Source of the DNA: Candidatus Giovannonibacteria bacterium
Lineage (GTDB): Bacteria > Patescibacteriota > Minisyncoccia > JACPKW01 > UBA11713
Length of the DNA: 64,000 nt
Direction of reading: 5' to 3'
Assembly: GCA_016186825.1 (NCBI GenBank)
Contig: JACPKW010000001.1
Coordinates: forward strand, 13,508-77,507
This document shows, piece by piece, positions 8,921-19,544 of the stretch. The notes under the pieces are model-generated. The model ran no database searches, was not told where the DNA came from, and saw nothing but the letters and a program-made list of their open reading frames with translations. The position numbers and the translations under genes were made by a program. Positions within the stretch are counted from its first letter, which is position 1. Each line of letters begins with the position of its first letter.

Positions 8921-10582
8921 ATGGCCGGATATACAAAAATAGCGCTTACGGGTATCATGCTTCTCGCTATTTTTTTTCGGTTCTACGACCTAAAAAATAC
9001 GCCCCCCGGTCTATATGCCGACGAGGCCATGAACGGCAATAATATTCTGGAAGCGCGCGCGATGAATTCCCCGGCCGGAGGCTTGAAAGTTTTTTATAAA
9101 GACAATAACGGGCGTGAAGGCTTATTTATAAATCTGCAAGCTTTGTCGGTGGCGGCGTTTGGGAATAAACCCTGGGCGTTGCGCTTGCCATCTGCAATTT
9201 TCGGGACACTTACAGTTTTAGGCCTTTTTTACCTTTCGAGAATTTTATTTTGGGAGTCAAGATACCGCGATCACATCGCGTTAGCGGCTGCTTTTTTTAT
9301 GGCATCAAGTTTTTGGCACATCCTTTTTTCAAGAATCGGCTTTCGCGCGATCACAGCTCCATTCTTTCTAGTCTGGGGCTTATTTTTTCTCATAAAAATT
9401 TATAAAAATATCGGGTCAAGGCTATCGCAGATATTTTCGGCGATTATCGGCGGCCTTTTATTCGGTCTTGGTTTCCATAGCTATCTTTCATATCGCGTTT
9501 CACCCGCTCTCGCCTTACTTCCGATTATTGCGGGGCTCATTAAACATTGGCGTGACGAAGGCGAATTAAGAAAATTCATAATACTCAACTTTATTTTTAT
9601 TATCTTCGCGCTTGCCGCATTTCTTCCGCTCGGCCTTTATTTCATGGAAAATCCCGGAGACTTCCTTGGACGGACTTCGCAAGTTTCAATTTTTGCCACC
9701 GACTCTCCGCTTCAAAGCTTATCAGAAAATATCGTTAAAACTACAGGTATGTTTTGGGTAGCTGGCGACTTCAACTGGCGACATAATTATTCAGGATCCC
9801 CCCAGCTTTTCTGGCCAGTCGGAATCTTTTTCCTAATCGGCCTCATCCATATTTTTTATTTGATTTTCAAAAAAGGCGCAAAAAGTGAAAGCCGTTTTAA
9901 CGCCTGGTTTTTATTATTTTGGCTCTTGCTTATGCTGCTTCCGGTAATAATTTCATCGGAAGGCCTCCCGCATGCACTGCGGAGCATTATTGTTATTCCC
10001 GCGGCTATGATCATTTCAGCATGGGGCTTAAAAACCGCAATGGCCAGACTATTTAAATGGCTCTCAGGCCAAAAAGAAAGATATGACGAGTATGCCCATC
10101 AAATCAGACGGATCGGCAAAGAAATAAAAATTCTTTTAGCGGCTCTTTTGATCTTTATTGCATGGAATTCATATGATCTTTATTTCAATAACTGGGCGCT
10201 AAATCCGCAAGTATATAGCGCTTTTGACGAGCGAAAAAGCGATATCGCTAATTATCTCAATAAATTCGCGAACGATACCGAAAAAATCGTAGCGATAACG
10301 AGCGAAAGAATTGATTCGAGAATCGTGACAATTTCAAGCCAGCCAATTTTATTTGAAACTGATACATTTCTTATCGAAAAGCGGCGCGAAAAAAACTTTT
10401 ATTATCTTGCGCCTGATGAAGTTAAACAAAAATTGCGGAGTGAGTTTCCAGAAAAAGCAGTCATTGTTTTTTTAAACGATGACCCAGAGGACCAAAAGTT
10501 GATGGGCGATTTGCTGAAAGAATTTAATAAGTTTAAGGTTAGTTTTGGAGGAACCTTCATTGCCTTAGTTGCCGCGCCGTAA
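8921..10582 (+). CDS. GT-C glycosyltransferase (ArnT/PMT, GT39-like)
   Basis: PPGLYADEA, multi-TM, ALRLPSA. Confidence 0.85.
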   Translation: MAGYTKIALTGIMLLAIFFRFYDLKNTPPGLYADEAMNGNNILEARAMNSPAGGLKVFYKDNNGREGLFINLQALSVAAFGNKPWALRLPSAIFGTLTVLGLFYLSRILFWESRYRDHIALAAAFFMASSFWHILFSRIGFRAITAPFFLVWGLFFLIKIYKNIGSRLSQIFSAIIGGLLFGLGFHSYLSYRVSPALALLPIIAGLIKHWRDEGELRKFIILNFIFIIFALAAFLPLGLYFMENPGDFLGRTSQVSIFATDSPLQSLSENIVKTTGMFWVAGDFNWRHNYSGSPQLFWPVGIFFLIGLIHIFYLIFKKGAKSESRFNAWFLLFWLLLMLLPVIISSEGLPHALRSIIVIPAAMIISAWGLKTAMARLFKWLSGQKERYDEYAHQIRRIGKEIKILLAALLIFIAWNSYDLYFNNWALNPQVYSAFDERKSDIANYLNKFANDTEKIVAITSERIDSRIVTISSQPILFETDTFLIEKRREKNFYYLAPDEVKQKLRSEFPEKAVIVFLNDDPEDQKLMGDLLKEFNKFKVSFGGTFIALVAAP

Positions 10583-10692
10583 TTTAATGAACGCAAAAAT
10601 ACTGATCGCCAAAATTACGACCAAAAATTCCGGCGGAAATAATATTTTTAAAATTGAAATAAGGGATTGCATTATTATTTTTTTATCTTGTT

Positions 10693-12528
10693 ATGAAAAA
10701 AAGTAACATAATAGCGCTCACAATGCTAGTGGTTATGTTTGTTTTGCTCGTTTCATCGACATTAAACGACACAGCGACCTTCGATGAAATTGCGCATATC
10801 GGCGCGGGGTTTACATATCTTCAGCTAAAAGACTCTCGATTAAATCCTGAACATCCTCCATTGATGAAAGACATTGCGGCGATTGGACTCTTGTTCTTGA
10901 ATCTCAATTATGAACATCCTCAGCCGTTCTGGAATGCGCCAGATGTAAATGAGCGCCAATGGGTTAATGGAAATTACCTTCTTTACGGCTCCGGAAACAA
11001 TCCCGATCAGATTCTAATTTGGTCGCGCCTTCCAATAATGATCCTTGCGATCATTTTCGGATGGCTCCTTTACCTCTGGGTGCAGTCGTTATATGGATCG
11101 CGCGTAAGCATTCTTGTCTTAACTTTTTATGCTTTTTCGCCAACATTTCTAGCACATTCCAGATACGTTACGACTGATCTCGCCGCGGCGTTTGGATTTT
11201 TTATAGGCATCGCAACTTTTCTCCGTTTTCTTGAAAAGCCCTCAATAAAAAGAACGGGAATAGCGGGGCTCGCGCTTGGGATTGCGCTTCTTCTTAAATT
11301 TTCGCTATTCTTATTAATCCCAATTTACGGAGCACTGATAATTCTCTGGACTATTCTCAAAGCCCGCGAAACAGATGACAATCTGCGGCAAAAATTAATT
11401 TACTTCCTCAAGCTGCTTTGGTCTTACATTACAAAAATAATTTTAATCGCAGTTATTGCGCTCGCTGTAATTTGGCTTGTTTATCTTTGGCATGTTTGGA
11501 ATTATCCGCAAACCGAGCAAATTCGGGATGCGCGATCAGTTCTCGGATCCTTCGGGATTAGGCCGCTGGCCGAATTAGATTTCAAACTTATTGAAAACGG
11601 CCTCACGCGTCCCTTCGGCCAATATCTTCTCGGCCTTCTTATGAACATTCAGCGCGCAGCTGGCGGCAATACTGCGTACTTTCTTGGTGAAGTTTCCGCC
11701 GGCGGGTGGATACTATATTTTCCAACAGCTTACCTGCTTAAAGAATCACTTGCCCTGCACATCTTAACTCTGCTCGCCTTGTTTATCGCGCTTGCCAATG
11801 TTTTGAAAGCTAAAAATAAAAGCATCGGTTCAGCATTGGACTGGTTTAGCAATAATTTTGTCTTAACCGCAAGTCTGGTCTTTATAGCATTTTATTGGCT
11901 TTATTCCATGAGAAGCCCGCTCAACATCGGTGTGCGCCATGTCCTGCCAACCTTTCCATTCATTTATCTTCTGGTTTCGAGAGAAGTCGCGCGCTGGATA
12001 TATCGCCCTTCCTTCGAAGAACCAGTTGGTTTTTTGAATTGGCTGCATGCGTTATACGAAAAATTCATCGAACCTATTCCAAGGCTGATATTTTTAAGCT
12101 TGGTTATCTTATGGATGTCGCTTTCCGCGTTTATAACATTCCCCTACTATTTATCTTATTATAACGAGCTTGTGGGGATTGATAACGGATACAAATATAT
12201 AAACGATTCAAACTATGATTGGGGCCAGGACTTGAAGCGTTTGCGTGAAGAAATGGACAGAAGAAATATTGAACATATTTACCTAAATTACTTTGGCGGG
12301 GGGTCTCTCAAGTATTACTTAGGCGAACGGGTGACTAATTGGTGGTCCGCGAAAGGCGCACCGCCATCAGGATCTTACTTTGCCGTTTCAGCAACCATGC
12401 TCGCAGGCGCACAGGGGAAAGCTGTGGGAGATATAAAAATCAAGCCCGAAGACTCCTATTCCTGGCTCAAGGGGCAAGATCCAATAGCACGTGGCGGAAA
12501 ATCAATCCTGATTTTCCGGATTCCGTGA
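10693..12528 (+). CDS. GT-C glycosyltransferase (ArnT/PMT, GT39-like)
   Basis: TFDE, NPEHPPL, DSNYDWGQDL. Confidence 0.85.
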   Translation: MKKSNIIALTMLVVMFVLLVSSTLNDTATFDEIAHIGAGFTYLQLKDSRLNPEHPPLMKDIAAIGLLFLNLNYEHPQPFWNAPDVNERQWVNGNYLLYGSGNNPDQILIWSRLPIMILAIIFGWLLYLWVQSLYGSRVSILVLTFYAFSPTFLAHSRYVTTDLAAAFGFFIGIATFLRFLEKPSIKRTGIAGLALGIALLLKFSLFLLIPIYGALIILWTILKARETDDNLRQKLIYFLKLLWSYITKIILIAVIALAVIWLVYLWHVWNYPQTEQIRDARSVLGSFGIRPLAELDFKLIENGLTRPFGQYLLGLLMNIQRAAGGNTAYFLGEVSAGGWILYFPTAYLLKESLALHILTLLALFIALANVLKAKNKSIGSALDWFSNNFVLTASLVFIAFYWLYSMRSPLNIGVRHVLPTFPFIYLLVSREVARWIYRPSFEEPVGFLNWLHALYEKFIEPIPRLIFLSLVILWMSLSAFITFPYYLSYYNELVGIDNGYKYINDSNYDWGQDLKRLREEMDRRNIEHIYLNYFGGGSLKYYLGERVTNWWSAKGAPPSGSYFAVSATMLAGAQGKAVGDIKIKPEDSYSWLKGQDPIARGGKSILIFRIP

Positions 12529-12534
12529 AGCGGC

Positions 12535-13332
12535 TTAGTCTTTAAGGCGGTAAAAAACTTTATTTGGAAAACGAAGATCAATGTATTCAATTTGGTCTTT
12601 GAGAATAGCAAGCTCGGAGCTAAGGCTCACCGACAGATTTTCAAGCGCTATCCGCGGGTCCAATTCAAAATCAAATATCAATCTGCGGTCAGATTTTAAA
12701 ATAAGCTCCGCTTCTGAATGTTCTTTAAGCGCGACACTTTCAATATCTTCGTCCAATTTTTCCTCAACCTTTTCAACCAACAAAACTAAATTTTTAAAAT
12801 GGCCGGCAGGAAGAACGTAATTGCCAAAATTATTTTCGCCTCTCTTGTCAAAAATTTTTAAAACCGCGGTTCCGGATAAGAAAGGCGCTTTGGCAAAAAC
12901 AAAACCGCTTCTGTCAACAAGTGAACAGTCATTTTCGCTGCCTTCGCGGCAGACCACTGCCCAGCTTTTGCGTAGCGCAGTTTTAATAACTACAGTGCTT
13001 GGATATTTTTTCTCTACTGCAGGCTGATCAAAACGCGGATCTGATTCCAGCATGGATTTAATCTCGCCAGTCGCTGCTATCAAAATATTATCTTTCGGAA
13101 AAATATAAAAATATTTTTTTGATAAAATGCTCTCCGCATCAGTTTTTATTTTATCCGCTAAATCGCCGGCTACGCCCTCAACGGTTATTGAAGAAATTCG
13201 GAATTTAGGATAATAAAACGCGAAAAGTATAACCAAAAAAAGAACGGCAATTCCTCCCAAAGTGCCGTAAATTTTAAACAGCGCCCTACGCCTTTTTCGC
13301 TTGCGCGATAACTCGAGAAGGTCTTTTGACAT
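12535..13332 (-). CDS. ftsQ: Cell division protein FtsQ/DivIB-like
   Basis: Basic N-terminus, TM, POTRA-like region, C-terminal YIDLRF. Confidence 0.75.
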   Translation of the reverse strand: MSKDLLELSRKRKRRRALFKIYGTLGGIAVLFLVILFAFYYPKFRISSITVEGVAGDLADKIKTDAESILSKKYFYIFPKDNILIAATGEIKSMLESDPRFDQPAVEKKYPSTVVIKTALRKSWAVVCREGSENDCSLVDRSGFVFAKAPFLSGTAVLKIFDKRGENNFGNYVLPAGHFKNLVLLVEKVEEKLDEDIESVALKEHSEAELILKSDRRLIFDFELDPRIALENLSVSLSSELAILKDQIEYIDLRFPNKVFYRLKD

Positions 13333-13340
13333 ATCAAAAA

Positions 13341-14615
13341 TTAAGGCTTGTCTTTGGGCAAAATCTTATCAGCGCCCATATATTTTCTCAAGGCTTCGGG
13401 AATTGAAACCGAACCGTCTTCTTGCTGGTGATTTTCCAAAATCGCATTAAAAATTCTTGGAGTTGCAAGCGCGGTATTATTGAGCGAATGCGCAAATAAA
13501 ATTTTCCCATCGCGCGTTTTGTAGCGAATTTTCAATCGCCGTGTTTGGAAATCATGAATGATTGAAGAAGAATGAGTTTCCCGATAGCGCTGCTCCGAAG
13601 GAATCCAGCATTCAATGTCGTACATTTTTACAGCGCCAAAAGGCAAGTCGCCCGATGAATTAATCATCAACCGGTACGGAAGTTCAAGCGCCCTTACTAT
13701 CTCTTCTGAATATCCAGTTAACTCCTCATGCCATTTAACTGATTCCTGATGTTCAGCTTTACATAAAACTATCTGCTCAACTTTCATGAATTCATGAACT
13801 CGAAAGAGCCCCTTTTCATCTTTGCCATATGAGCCAGCCTCTCTTCTGTAACAAGCCGAGAACGCAGCATACTTAATAGGGAGATCATCTTCCGATAAAA
13901 TTTCGTCTTCATGATAGCCCATCATTGGAATTTCCGCAGTCGGTGAGAGCAGTAGTTTGTCTTCCGTGCCATATAGATCCTCTCTAAATAAAGGGAGCTT
14001 GCCAGTTTCAGTAAAAATATTTTCTCGAACCAATGCGGGTGAAATAAAAGGCGTAAATCCCTTTTGGGCCATAGAATCAAGCGCAAGTTGCCAAAGCGCA
14101 AAAGATAACTTCACGCCTTCGTTTTTTAAAAAATAGCCGCGAAAGCCCGAAATTTTTACCCCGCGCTCGAAGTCAGCCAAGTCGAGGCTCGCTAAAAGCT
14201 CAGCACTCGATTTTATCTTAAATGAAAATTGAGGAATGGGGCCGGAGTTCCTAAGTTCCAAATTGTCGGCGTCAGAATAGCCCTCGGGAACAGTCGGGTC
14301 AGGAGTATTAGGTATTTTTAACAAAAGATCATTAAATTCCTTTTCGATTTTATTAAGCTCATCTTCTTTTCTCCCAAGAATGTCTTTAAGGGCGCGCATC
14401 GCGATTAACGCAGCTTCTTTTTCTTTTTCTGAACCATGCACGATATCCTGCGAGGCCTTGTTCTGATTTGCGCGCATATTCTCAACTTCCTGCAGTAAGG
14501 CGCGGCGCATTTCATCGATTTCGAAAAAACGGTTTATGTCAAAATCAAAATGCCGCTTCCTGATCGCTTCGCGCAAGAGCTCTTTATTTTCCCGAATGAA
14601 CTTGAGATCGAGCAT
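13341..14615 (-). CDS. serS: Serine--tRNA ligase
   Basis: MLDLKFIREN, PTAE, YRREAGSYGKD, HSLNNT. Confidence 0.97.
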   Translation of the reverse strand: MLDLKFIRENKELLREAIRKRHFDFDINRFFEIDEMRRALLQEVENMRANQNKASQDIVHGSEKEKEAALIAMRALKDILGRKEDELNKIEKEFNDLLLKIPNTPDPTVPEGYSDADNLELRNSGPIPQFSFKIKSSAELLASLDLADFERGVKISGFRGYFLKNEGVKLSFALWQLALDSMAQKGFTPFISPALVRENIFTETGKLPLFREDLYGTEDKLLLSPTAEIPMMGYHEDEILSEDDLPIKYAAFSACYRREAGSYGKDEKGLFRVHEFMKVEQIVLCKAEHQESVKWHEELTGYSEEIVRALELPYRLMINSSGDLPFGAVKMYDIECWIPSEQRYRETHSSSIIHDFQTRRLKIRYKTRDGKILFAHSLNNTALATPRIFNAILENHQQEDGSVSIPEALRKYMGADKILPKDKP

Positions 14616-14675
14616 TAATAAAAATTATACATATTATTATACATCACTCTCATTTTTTTTCTAGTTAAGAAACCT

Positions 14676-14706
14676 AAAAACTCCCGAGGCTTGCTCGGGA
14701 GTTTTT
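14676..14706. terminator. Intrinsic terminator AAAAACTCCCGAG..CTCGGGAGTTTTT
   Basis: GC stem with T-tracts on both strands, downstream of the sigma/anti-sigma pair. Confidence 0.8.
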
Positions 14707-14726
14707 AAGAAACTTTTTTACGGTGT

Positions 14727-15173
14727 TTAAAATCTGCGCTCGCGAAGAGGAAAGCCTTCAAAAAGCGGATCATGCGCCCAGAAGAAATATGCGTTTTTAA
14801 TTACACGCCGTCCAAAAAAAGCAGCAAGAAGCATGGCGGAAATAATGATCAGCAAGGAATCAATTTCTGTATACCGGAGCGTTGAGACAAAATAATGCGA
14901 TAGGCCTGAAATATTGCCATGCGAGAACTTCAAAAATAAAGTTCTGTTTATGTCTCCAAGATTTACAGCGGAAAGTTCCATGTATAATACGAACAGCGCA
15001 ACTGGCAAAACGCAAATTGCAGGCACGATAACTTTCCTAAGAAACCACGAAACATAAACCCGCCTCATTAAGTGCTCCTTAAAATTTCCGAGCTCCTGGT
15101 CATTCCAGCTTAAACTTCCCGTGATCGGGCTCACATAATCTTCTTTTTCAGTTTGAATTCTAGACATACTCAT
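14727..15173 (-). CDS. Membrane protein, candidate anti-sigma factor
   Basis: 2 TM, directly downstream of ECF sigma. Confidence 0.55.
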   Translation of the reverse strand: MSMSRIQTEKEDYVSPITGSLSWNDQELGNFKEHLMRRVYVSWFLRKVIVPAICVLPVALFVLYMELSAVNLGDINRTLFLKFSHGNISGLSHYFVSTLRYTEIDSLLIIISAMLLAAFFGRRVIKNAYFFWAHDPLFEGFPLRERRF

Positions 15174-15178
15174 ATAAA

Positions 15179-15796
15179 TTATAATATGTGACCTTTAAGC
15201 GCAGATTTTTCTTCTCCACTTTCGAGAAGTTTTCGGAAAAGTTCTCGCGCCCTGAATAATCTCATTTTCAGCGCGGGAATAGTAATATTTTTCTCGCGTG
15301 AAATTTCAGCATAAGATAACTCTTTCAAATAATGCATTTCTAAAAGCTCGCGGAGATCTCTTGGCATTTTCTCAAGAATCTCTTTGACCAGAATATTTGA
15401 ATTCATTTCACCCGCAATATCCTTATCTTTTAACACATCATAAAACATCGTGTCAAGATACTCTGTTTCGCCGGCATGCCTTTTTGTTTTTCGATAATGA
15501 GTGAGCGCCGTATTAAATACTATCCGATAAGCCCAGCTTTTGAATTTCGAATCGTTATCCTGCCTAAGCTGGTCTGAAAACCGGTAGATTTTTAAAAAAG
15601 CCTCCTGCACAGAGTCCTCCGCCGCTTCTTTTGAATTCAAAATGCGCCCGGCCATGCGCAAAAATGGCTTTTGATAGCGCTCTACTAATATTTCAAAGAG
15701 ATCAGGAAATTGCTTCGCGGCCACAAGAATAGCTTCATCGGTCGCTTCCTCCATGGCCTGATTCATATTAAGCTGTGCTTCTTCCAGCATCTCCAA
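15179..15796 (-). CDS. ECF RNA polymerase sigma factor
   Basis: AEDSVQEAFLK, FKSWAYRI..N, LSYAEIS..KMRLFRAR. Confidence 0.92.
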   Translation of the reverse strand: MEMLEEAQLNMNQAMEEATDEAILVAAKQFPDLFEILVERYQKPFLRMAGRILNSKEAAEDSVQEAFLKIYRFSDQLRQDNDSKFKSWAYRIVFNTALTHYRKTKRHAGETEYLDTMFYDVLKDKDIAGEMNSNILVKEILEKMPRDLRELLEMHYLKELSYAEISREKNITIPALKMRLFRARELFRKLLESGEEKSALKGHIL

Positions 15797-16107
15797 ATTA
15801 TACCTAATATTCGGATAAAATCGAACCTTTATTATTAAAACTTTTAATTAAATTAATCAGTTTCAAAACTGTCAATACTTGGGGGTTAATTTCGGATCTT
15901 GCCGTGGAATAAGAATCAATGTGGAGTCAGAGCTTTTGAAACCGAAATATAAACTTCAATGTTTTTTATTTATAGAAGCACAAAGGTCGTAGTTTATCAT
16001 ATAAGAACGATCCCGCAACCTGCGGGGACGAAGAACCGGTGCCATGAAGAGGCCGGTTTTTTGTTTATGCACACGGCATTCAAATATACGCGGTTAGAAT
16101 GATATCA

Positions 16108-16305
16108 ATGGCAAATGACGCTCCAAAAATGAAGGGGAAGCGGGCGCGGGACAAAGGCACTGGTCGGCTTAGAAAAAAACGCTCAGATACAAAGGTTAAA
16201 TCAGTCGAGAAAAAATACGGCCGCCTGCTTGGAAAAGACGGACTACAGCTTGGCACTCTTCTGAAAAGACTGCATAAAAAGTCACTGAAAAAACTTCTTA
16301 AATAA
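16108..16305 (+). CDS. Small, very basic hypothetical protein
   Basis: K/R-rich, RARDKGTGRLRKKRSDT..EKKYG. Confidence 0.65.
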   Translation: MANDAPKMKGKRARDKGTGRLRKKRSDTKVKSVEKKYGRLLGKDGLQLGTLLKRLHKKSLKKLLK

Positions 16306-16324
16306 GAAAAGCTTACTCACGCTT

Positions 16325-16648
16325 TCACGCTTTCAGCTTTCGCGATGTCCTTTTTAAAGACTGACACCGAGCCAACCGAGCAAGCTCGATAAATTTAGGC
16401 CAATACCAAGCCATGCTTAACTCCGAATCATCAGTGGGATTGATACCCCAACATCCATCGTCTCTTTTCAAAATATGCGCAATATCATTCCCCCTGCAAA
16501 TCCGGAAAATTCGTTTTTTGGGGTCAAATGTTATCTCGTTTGGCCCCAATTTAAAAGAACGCCGGCTCCCAGCACGCCTTGAAACATTCAGCAGAAATTC
16601 ATAAAAAAACATAGCGCGCGTAGAACGCTTAAAACTCCATGGCCTCAT
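16325..16648 (-). CDS. Hypothetical protein (start probably ATG 16648)
   Basis: AGGAGG SD upstream of MRPWSF. Confidence 0.5.
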   Translation of the reverse strand: MRPWSFKRSTRAMFFYEFLLNVSRRAGSRRSFKLGPNEITFDPKKRIFRICRGNDIAHILKRDDGCWGINPTDDSELSMAWYWPKFIELARLARCQSLKRTSRKLKA

Positions 16649-16722
16649 TTTAACCCTCCTCTCGATGTTAAAGAAAAAATTAAAGAAAGCTTTTCTCTGA
16701 TGCGCAATACAATTATTCAATA

Positions 16723-17109
16723 CTATTTATTTGCTCCGAGTTTTTCCTTTACTCTCTTTTTTAAATCCTCCAAAGTCCAGCGGTTTTTTACAATATACTC
16801 AAAAACTCCGTTTTCCAAGGCTTCCACCGTCTTTTTCGCATTGCCCTCAATGTTAGTCAAAATTAAGACCGGTGCATTTTTGCCCCATTTGTCTTCGCGA
16901 AGCTTTTTTAACATCTTCATGCCATCCATCTTCGGCATGATCAAATCAAGCAATATCAAATCTGGCTTTTCATTAAACGCAAGCTTTAAACCGGCTTGTC
17001 CATCACTCGCAATGTAAACTTTATAACCCGATTTTGTAAATTCTTCTTTAAGAATTCCTAGAAGCGGCTTCTCATCTTCAACAATGAGAAGCTTGTTCTT
17101 CGTTTTCAT
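16723..17109 (-). CDS. Single-domain response regulator (receiver)
   Basis: IVEDE, LLDLIMP, ILTN, YIVK. Confidence 0.92.
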   Translation of the reverse strand: MKTKNKLLIVEDEKPLLGILKEEFTKSGYKVYIASDGQAGLKLAFNEKPDLILLDLIMPKMDGMKMLKKLREDKWGKNAPVLILTNIEGNAKKTVEALENGVFEYIVKNRWTLEDLKKRVKEKLGANK

Positions 17110-17154
17110 GATTTCAGACTATGCTTCATAACAGCTAATGTCAAACTAAAAAAA

Positions 17155-17760
17155 TTATTTTATTGTGAAAAGTCCGTCGCTTGAATCAAACGCACAGCCC
17201 ATTTGAGGTTTTTCCAAACGGCAGCTGACGCCTCCGAGAATTAATACTTGATATTTGCCTGCTTTCAGGCTCTCTGAAACTCTGTAAGAATACGAACCCC
17301 TGTTCTGAATTCCTTTAATGAAAATAGATGACGGAAAAATTTCCTGCCCGCCCGCCATTGAACTTTGGGCGAAAGAAATCGCATTTGGAATTATTTTTGC
17401 AGTCGGGATTAATATTGCATAGAAATTCGCATTGGCCGGAAGTTTCGAACTCCAAGATAAATTATATTGCTTCCCCCTTTGCCAAACTTCTCCGCCATTA
17501 GGGCTAAATAAAGTCACATCGCCGCCAGATTTTGGCTGAGTTTTTTTCTCAAGAACACCTGATGAAGTGGCAACTAAAGGAGAATCTGCATTTTGATTTT
17601 CATCCGAAGAACCCGCACTCAATGTGGGCATCGAGTCATTAGGCTTATCTGCAGATTTTCTTAATACAGCCGCATATATAACTGCTGCTGCCGCGAGAAT
17701 CAGTAAAACGCTTGCCGCAGCAGTTTTATGATTTTCAATAAATTTTGTACCTGCTTCCAT
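17155..17760 (-). CDS. Membrane-anchored protein with Ig-like (SPNGGE) domain
   Basis: TM, linker, SPNGGEVW..G..Y.LSW, D.SDGLFTI. Confidence 0.7.
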   Translation of the reverse strand: MEAGTKFIENHKTAAASVLLILAAAAVIYAAVLRKSADKPNDSMPTLSAGSSDENQNADSPLVATSSGVLEKKTQPKSGGDVTLFSPNGGEVWQRGKQYNLSWSSKLPANANFYAILIPTAKIIPNAISFAQSSMAGGQEIFPSSIFIKGIQNRGSYSYRVSESLKAGKYQVLILGGVSCRLEKPQMGCAFDSSDGLFTIK

Positions 17761-17816
17761 TTAAAAAAGCTTAATTAACAAATGGAGACGATTGCAATAA
17801 TCTATTTCTTACAGCT

Positions 17817-18116
17817 TTAATTTTTTAAATAAATGCCCTGAATCCTAACCGCTTCGTCTGTGACGACTTCACCTTCATAATCTCCGCTATGGCGTGAAGA
17901 TCCGGAGTAACTTGGCTTTTTTTGATCCAGATGCAGATTTAAAAATAATGTGTTTCCTTCCTCTTTGACATAGCAATGAAAGCGCGGATAGTCTCCACCC
18001 ATCAAACTTTTAACACAGTTGAGCTCGCCCTCAGGCGTCCTGTCAATCGGGACGTAACCGCAATTACGCATAAAATCGAGGAGATTCTTATTGAAATTAT
18101 CAAATCTCAATTTCAT
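17817..18116 (-). CDS. Conserved hypothetical protein
   Basis: YPRFH..LHLDQKKPSY..H.G.Y motif-rich ORF. Confidence 0.7.
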   Translation of the reverse strand: MKLRFDNFNKNLLDFMRNCGYVPIDRTPEGELNCVKSLMGGDYPRFHCYVKEEGNTLFLNLHLDQKKPSYSGSSRHSGDYEGEVVTDEAVRIQGIYLKN

Positions 18117-18155
18117 AAAATAATACTAGATAAATTAGCACACTATAAAAACCAG

Positions 18156-18836
18156 TCAAAGCATGTTTTTGGAAAACCTGCGCATAAACTGTTCGAGCCG
18201 GTCGCGATAAAAATATGCGAATGCGGCAAAAACCAGCATTAGTGCGAAAAGAATGGCTGATTGGATCACTCTCCCCTGTTTTACTCCGCTTCCCACCACG
18301 CTCAAAACAGCATAACCTGGAAGACGGCCTATTATTGAAATGGACATGAGTGTTCTGATTTTTATTTTGGTAAGCCCTGCAATGTAGCAAATAGCATCGT
18401 CAGGAAATGCCGGAAGTAAAAATATCAAAAATAAAACGAACGTTCCGTTTTCTGAAATCAGATAATCAAACTTGTTAAGAATTTTTTTACTTACGAACCG
18501 CTCGACCAGCGGCCTCCCAAATTTTTTTGCAGCGATAAAAATTAAAAAGAAACCAAAAGCGGCGCCGATTATTCCGTAAACCGTCCCCCAGAAGGCACCG
18601 AAAAGATACCCGCCTACGAATCCTGTAACTTGCCCGGGGATGGGGGCAGCAAGCACTTGCAAAAATTGCAGTAGCATGAAAACCAGAGGTCCCCAAGCGC
18701 CATATCCTCTTATATAAGCTTCAATTCGATCGGGATTTCTAAAAAACTCCCACCCCCAAATGCTTATCCAAATAACAAAAATCGCAATAAAAACAGTTCC
18801 GAGAATCGGTATTGTTAGATTCTTAAGCCTATTCAC
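18156..18836 (-). CDS. TVP38/TMEM64 (DedA/VTT) membrane protein
   Basis: APIPG..GGYLFG, LLPAFPDD..YIAG. Confidence 0.9.
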   Translation of the reverse strand: MNRLKNLTIPILGTVFIAIFVIWISIWGWEFFRNPDRIEAYIRGYGAWGPLVFMLLQFLQVLAAPIPGQVTGFVGGYLFGAFWGTVYGIIGAAFGFFLIFIAAKKFGRPLVERFVSKKILNKFDYLISENGTFVLFLIFLLPAFPDDAICYIAGLTKIKIRTLMSISIIGRLPGYAVLSVVGSGVKQGRVIQSAILFALMLVFAAFAYFYRDRLEQFMRRFSKNML

Positions 18837-18851
18837 TCTTTTAAGTTACCA

Positions 18852-19292
18852 TCATTGGCCCTTGAACTGCCACTCAATCTTGTCGCCGTTTTTTAGCTCA
18901 TAAGCGGACGCTCCGATTTCCGCGTATTTTCCGTTTATCAAATACTGCCAGTATTTTCCGTCCGTGCCGTTTTCCTTGCCCTCTATTTTCGTAATTAGTT
19001 TTCCTAGATCTCCGTAGTCCTTAGTCTCAAATTCGAGGCCAGAATTTTTCGCAACTCTTTGGGTAACCGCGAGCAGATTTTCGCCTCTGTTAAATTCTAT
19101 ATTCTCGAATTTTTTGCTTTCATTTTCGTCAAAACTGAAAATTATTGTCGCCTTGTCTTTTAGCTCACTAACTTGCTTAGTTGAATCAAGAGACTTCTCT
19201 GCAATATTCTTTGAAAAATATACCCACGCGCCGACTCCGACAACAATCAAAACAAGAACACCAAATAATAAATTCCTTATATTCTTGGACAT
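18852..19292 (-). CDS. DUF4430 (transcobalamin-like C-terminal domain) membrane-anchored protein, candidate corrinoid binder
   Basis: ITKIEG..YWQYLING..IGA..YELKNGDKIEW; downstream of cobalamin riboswitch. Confidence 0.85.
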   Translation of the reverse strand: MSKNIRNLLFGVLVLIVVGVGAWVYFSKNIAEKSLDSTKQVSELKDKATIIFSFDENESKKFENIEFNRGENLLAVTQRVAKNSGLEFETKDYGDLGKLITKIEGKENGTDGKYWQYLINGKYAEIGASAYELKNGDKIEWQFKGQ

Positions 19293-19381
19293 AAAATAAT
19301 AATTAGTTAATAAAAATGCAAATCCCCGCTCGAGCGCGGGGACAGAAAAATAAAATTGAATACCTTGCTCGAGGAAAAACT

Positions 19382-19520
19382 ATGCAGGATTGGCCTTCGG
19401 ACTTACGCAGTAACCGAGCATATAACGCATTATGTGCTTGGTTATTCCAACGAACACCGTAGCGGCACTGTGCGAGAATCTCACTCGCTTCCCCAACCAA
19501 CGGAACTAAAGAGTCTGCAT
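19382..19520 (-). ncRNA. Cobalamin riboswitch
   Basis: Minus strand GGGAA-GCGAGTGAGATTCTCGC-ACAGTGCCGCTACGGT...AAGTCCGAAGGCCA (B12 box), P1 ATGCAG/CTGCAT; hairpin 19324-19341 as expression platform. Confidence 0.85.
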
Positions 19521-19544
19521 TTATTTTTTTATTGAACTAATTCC

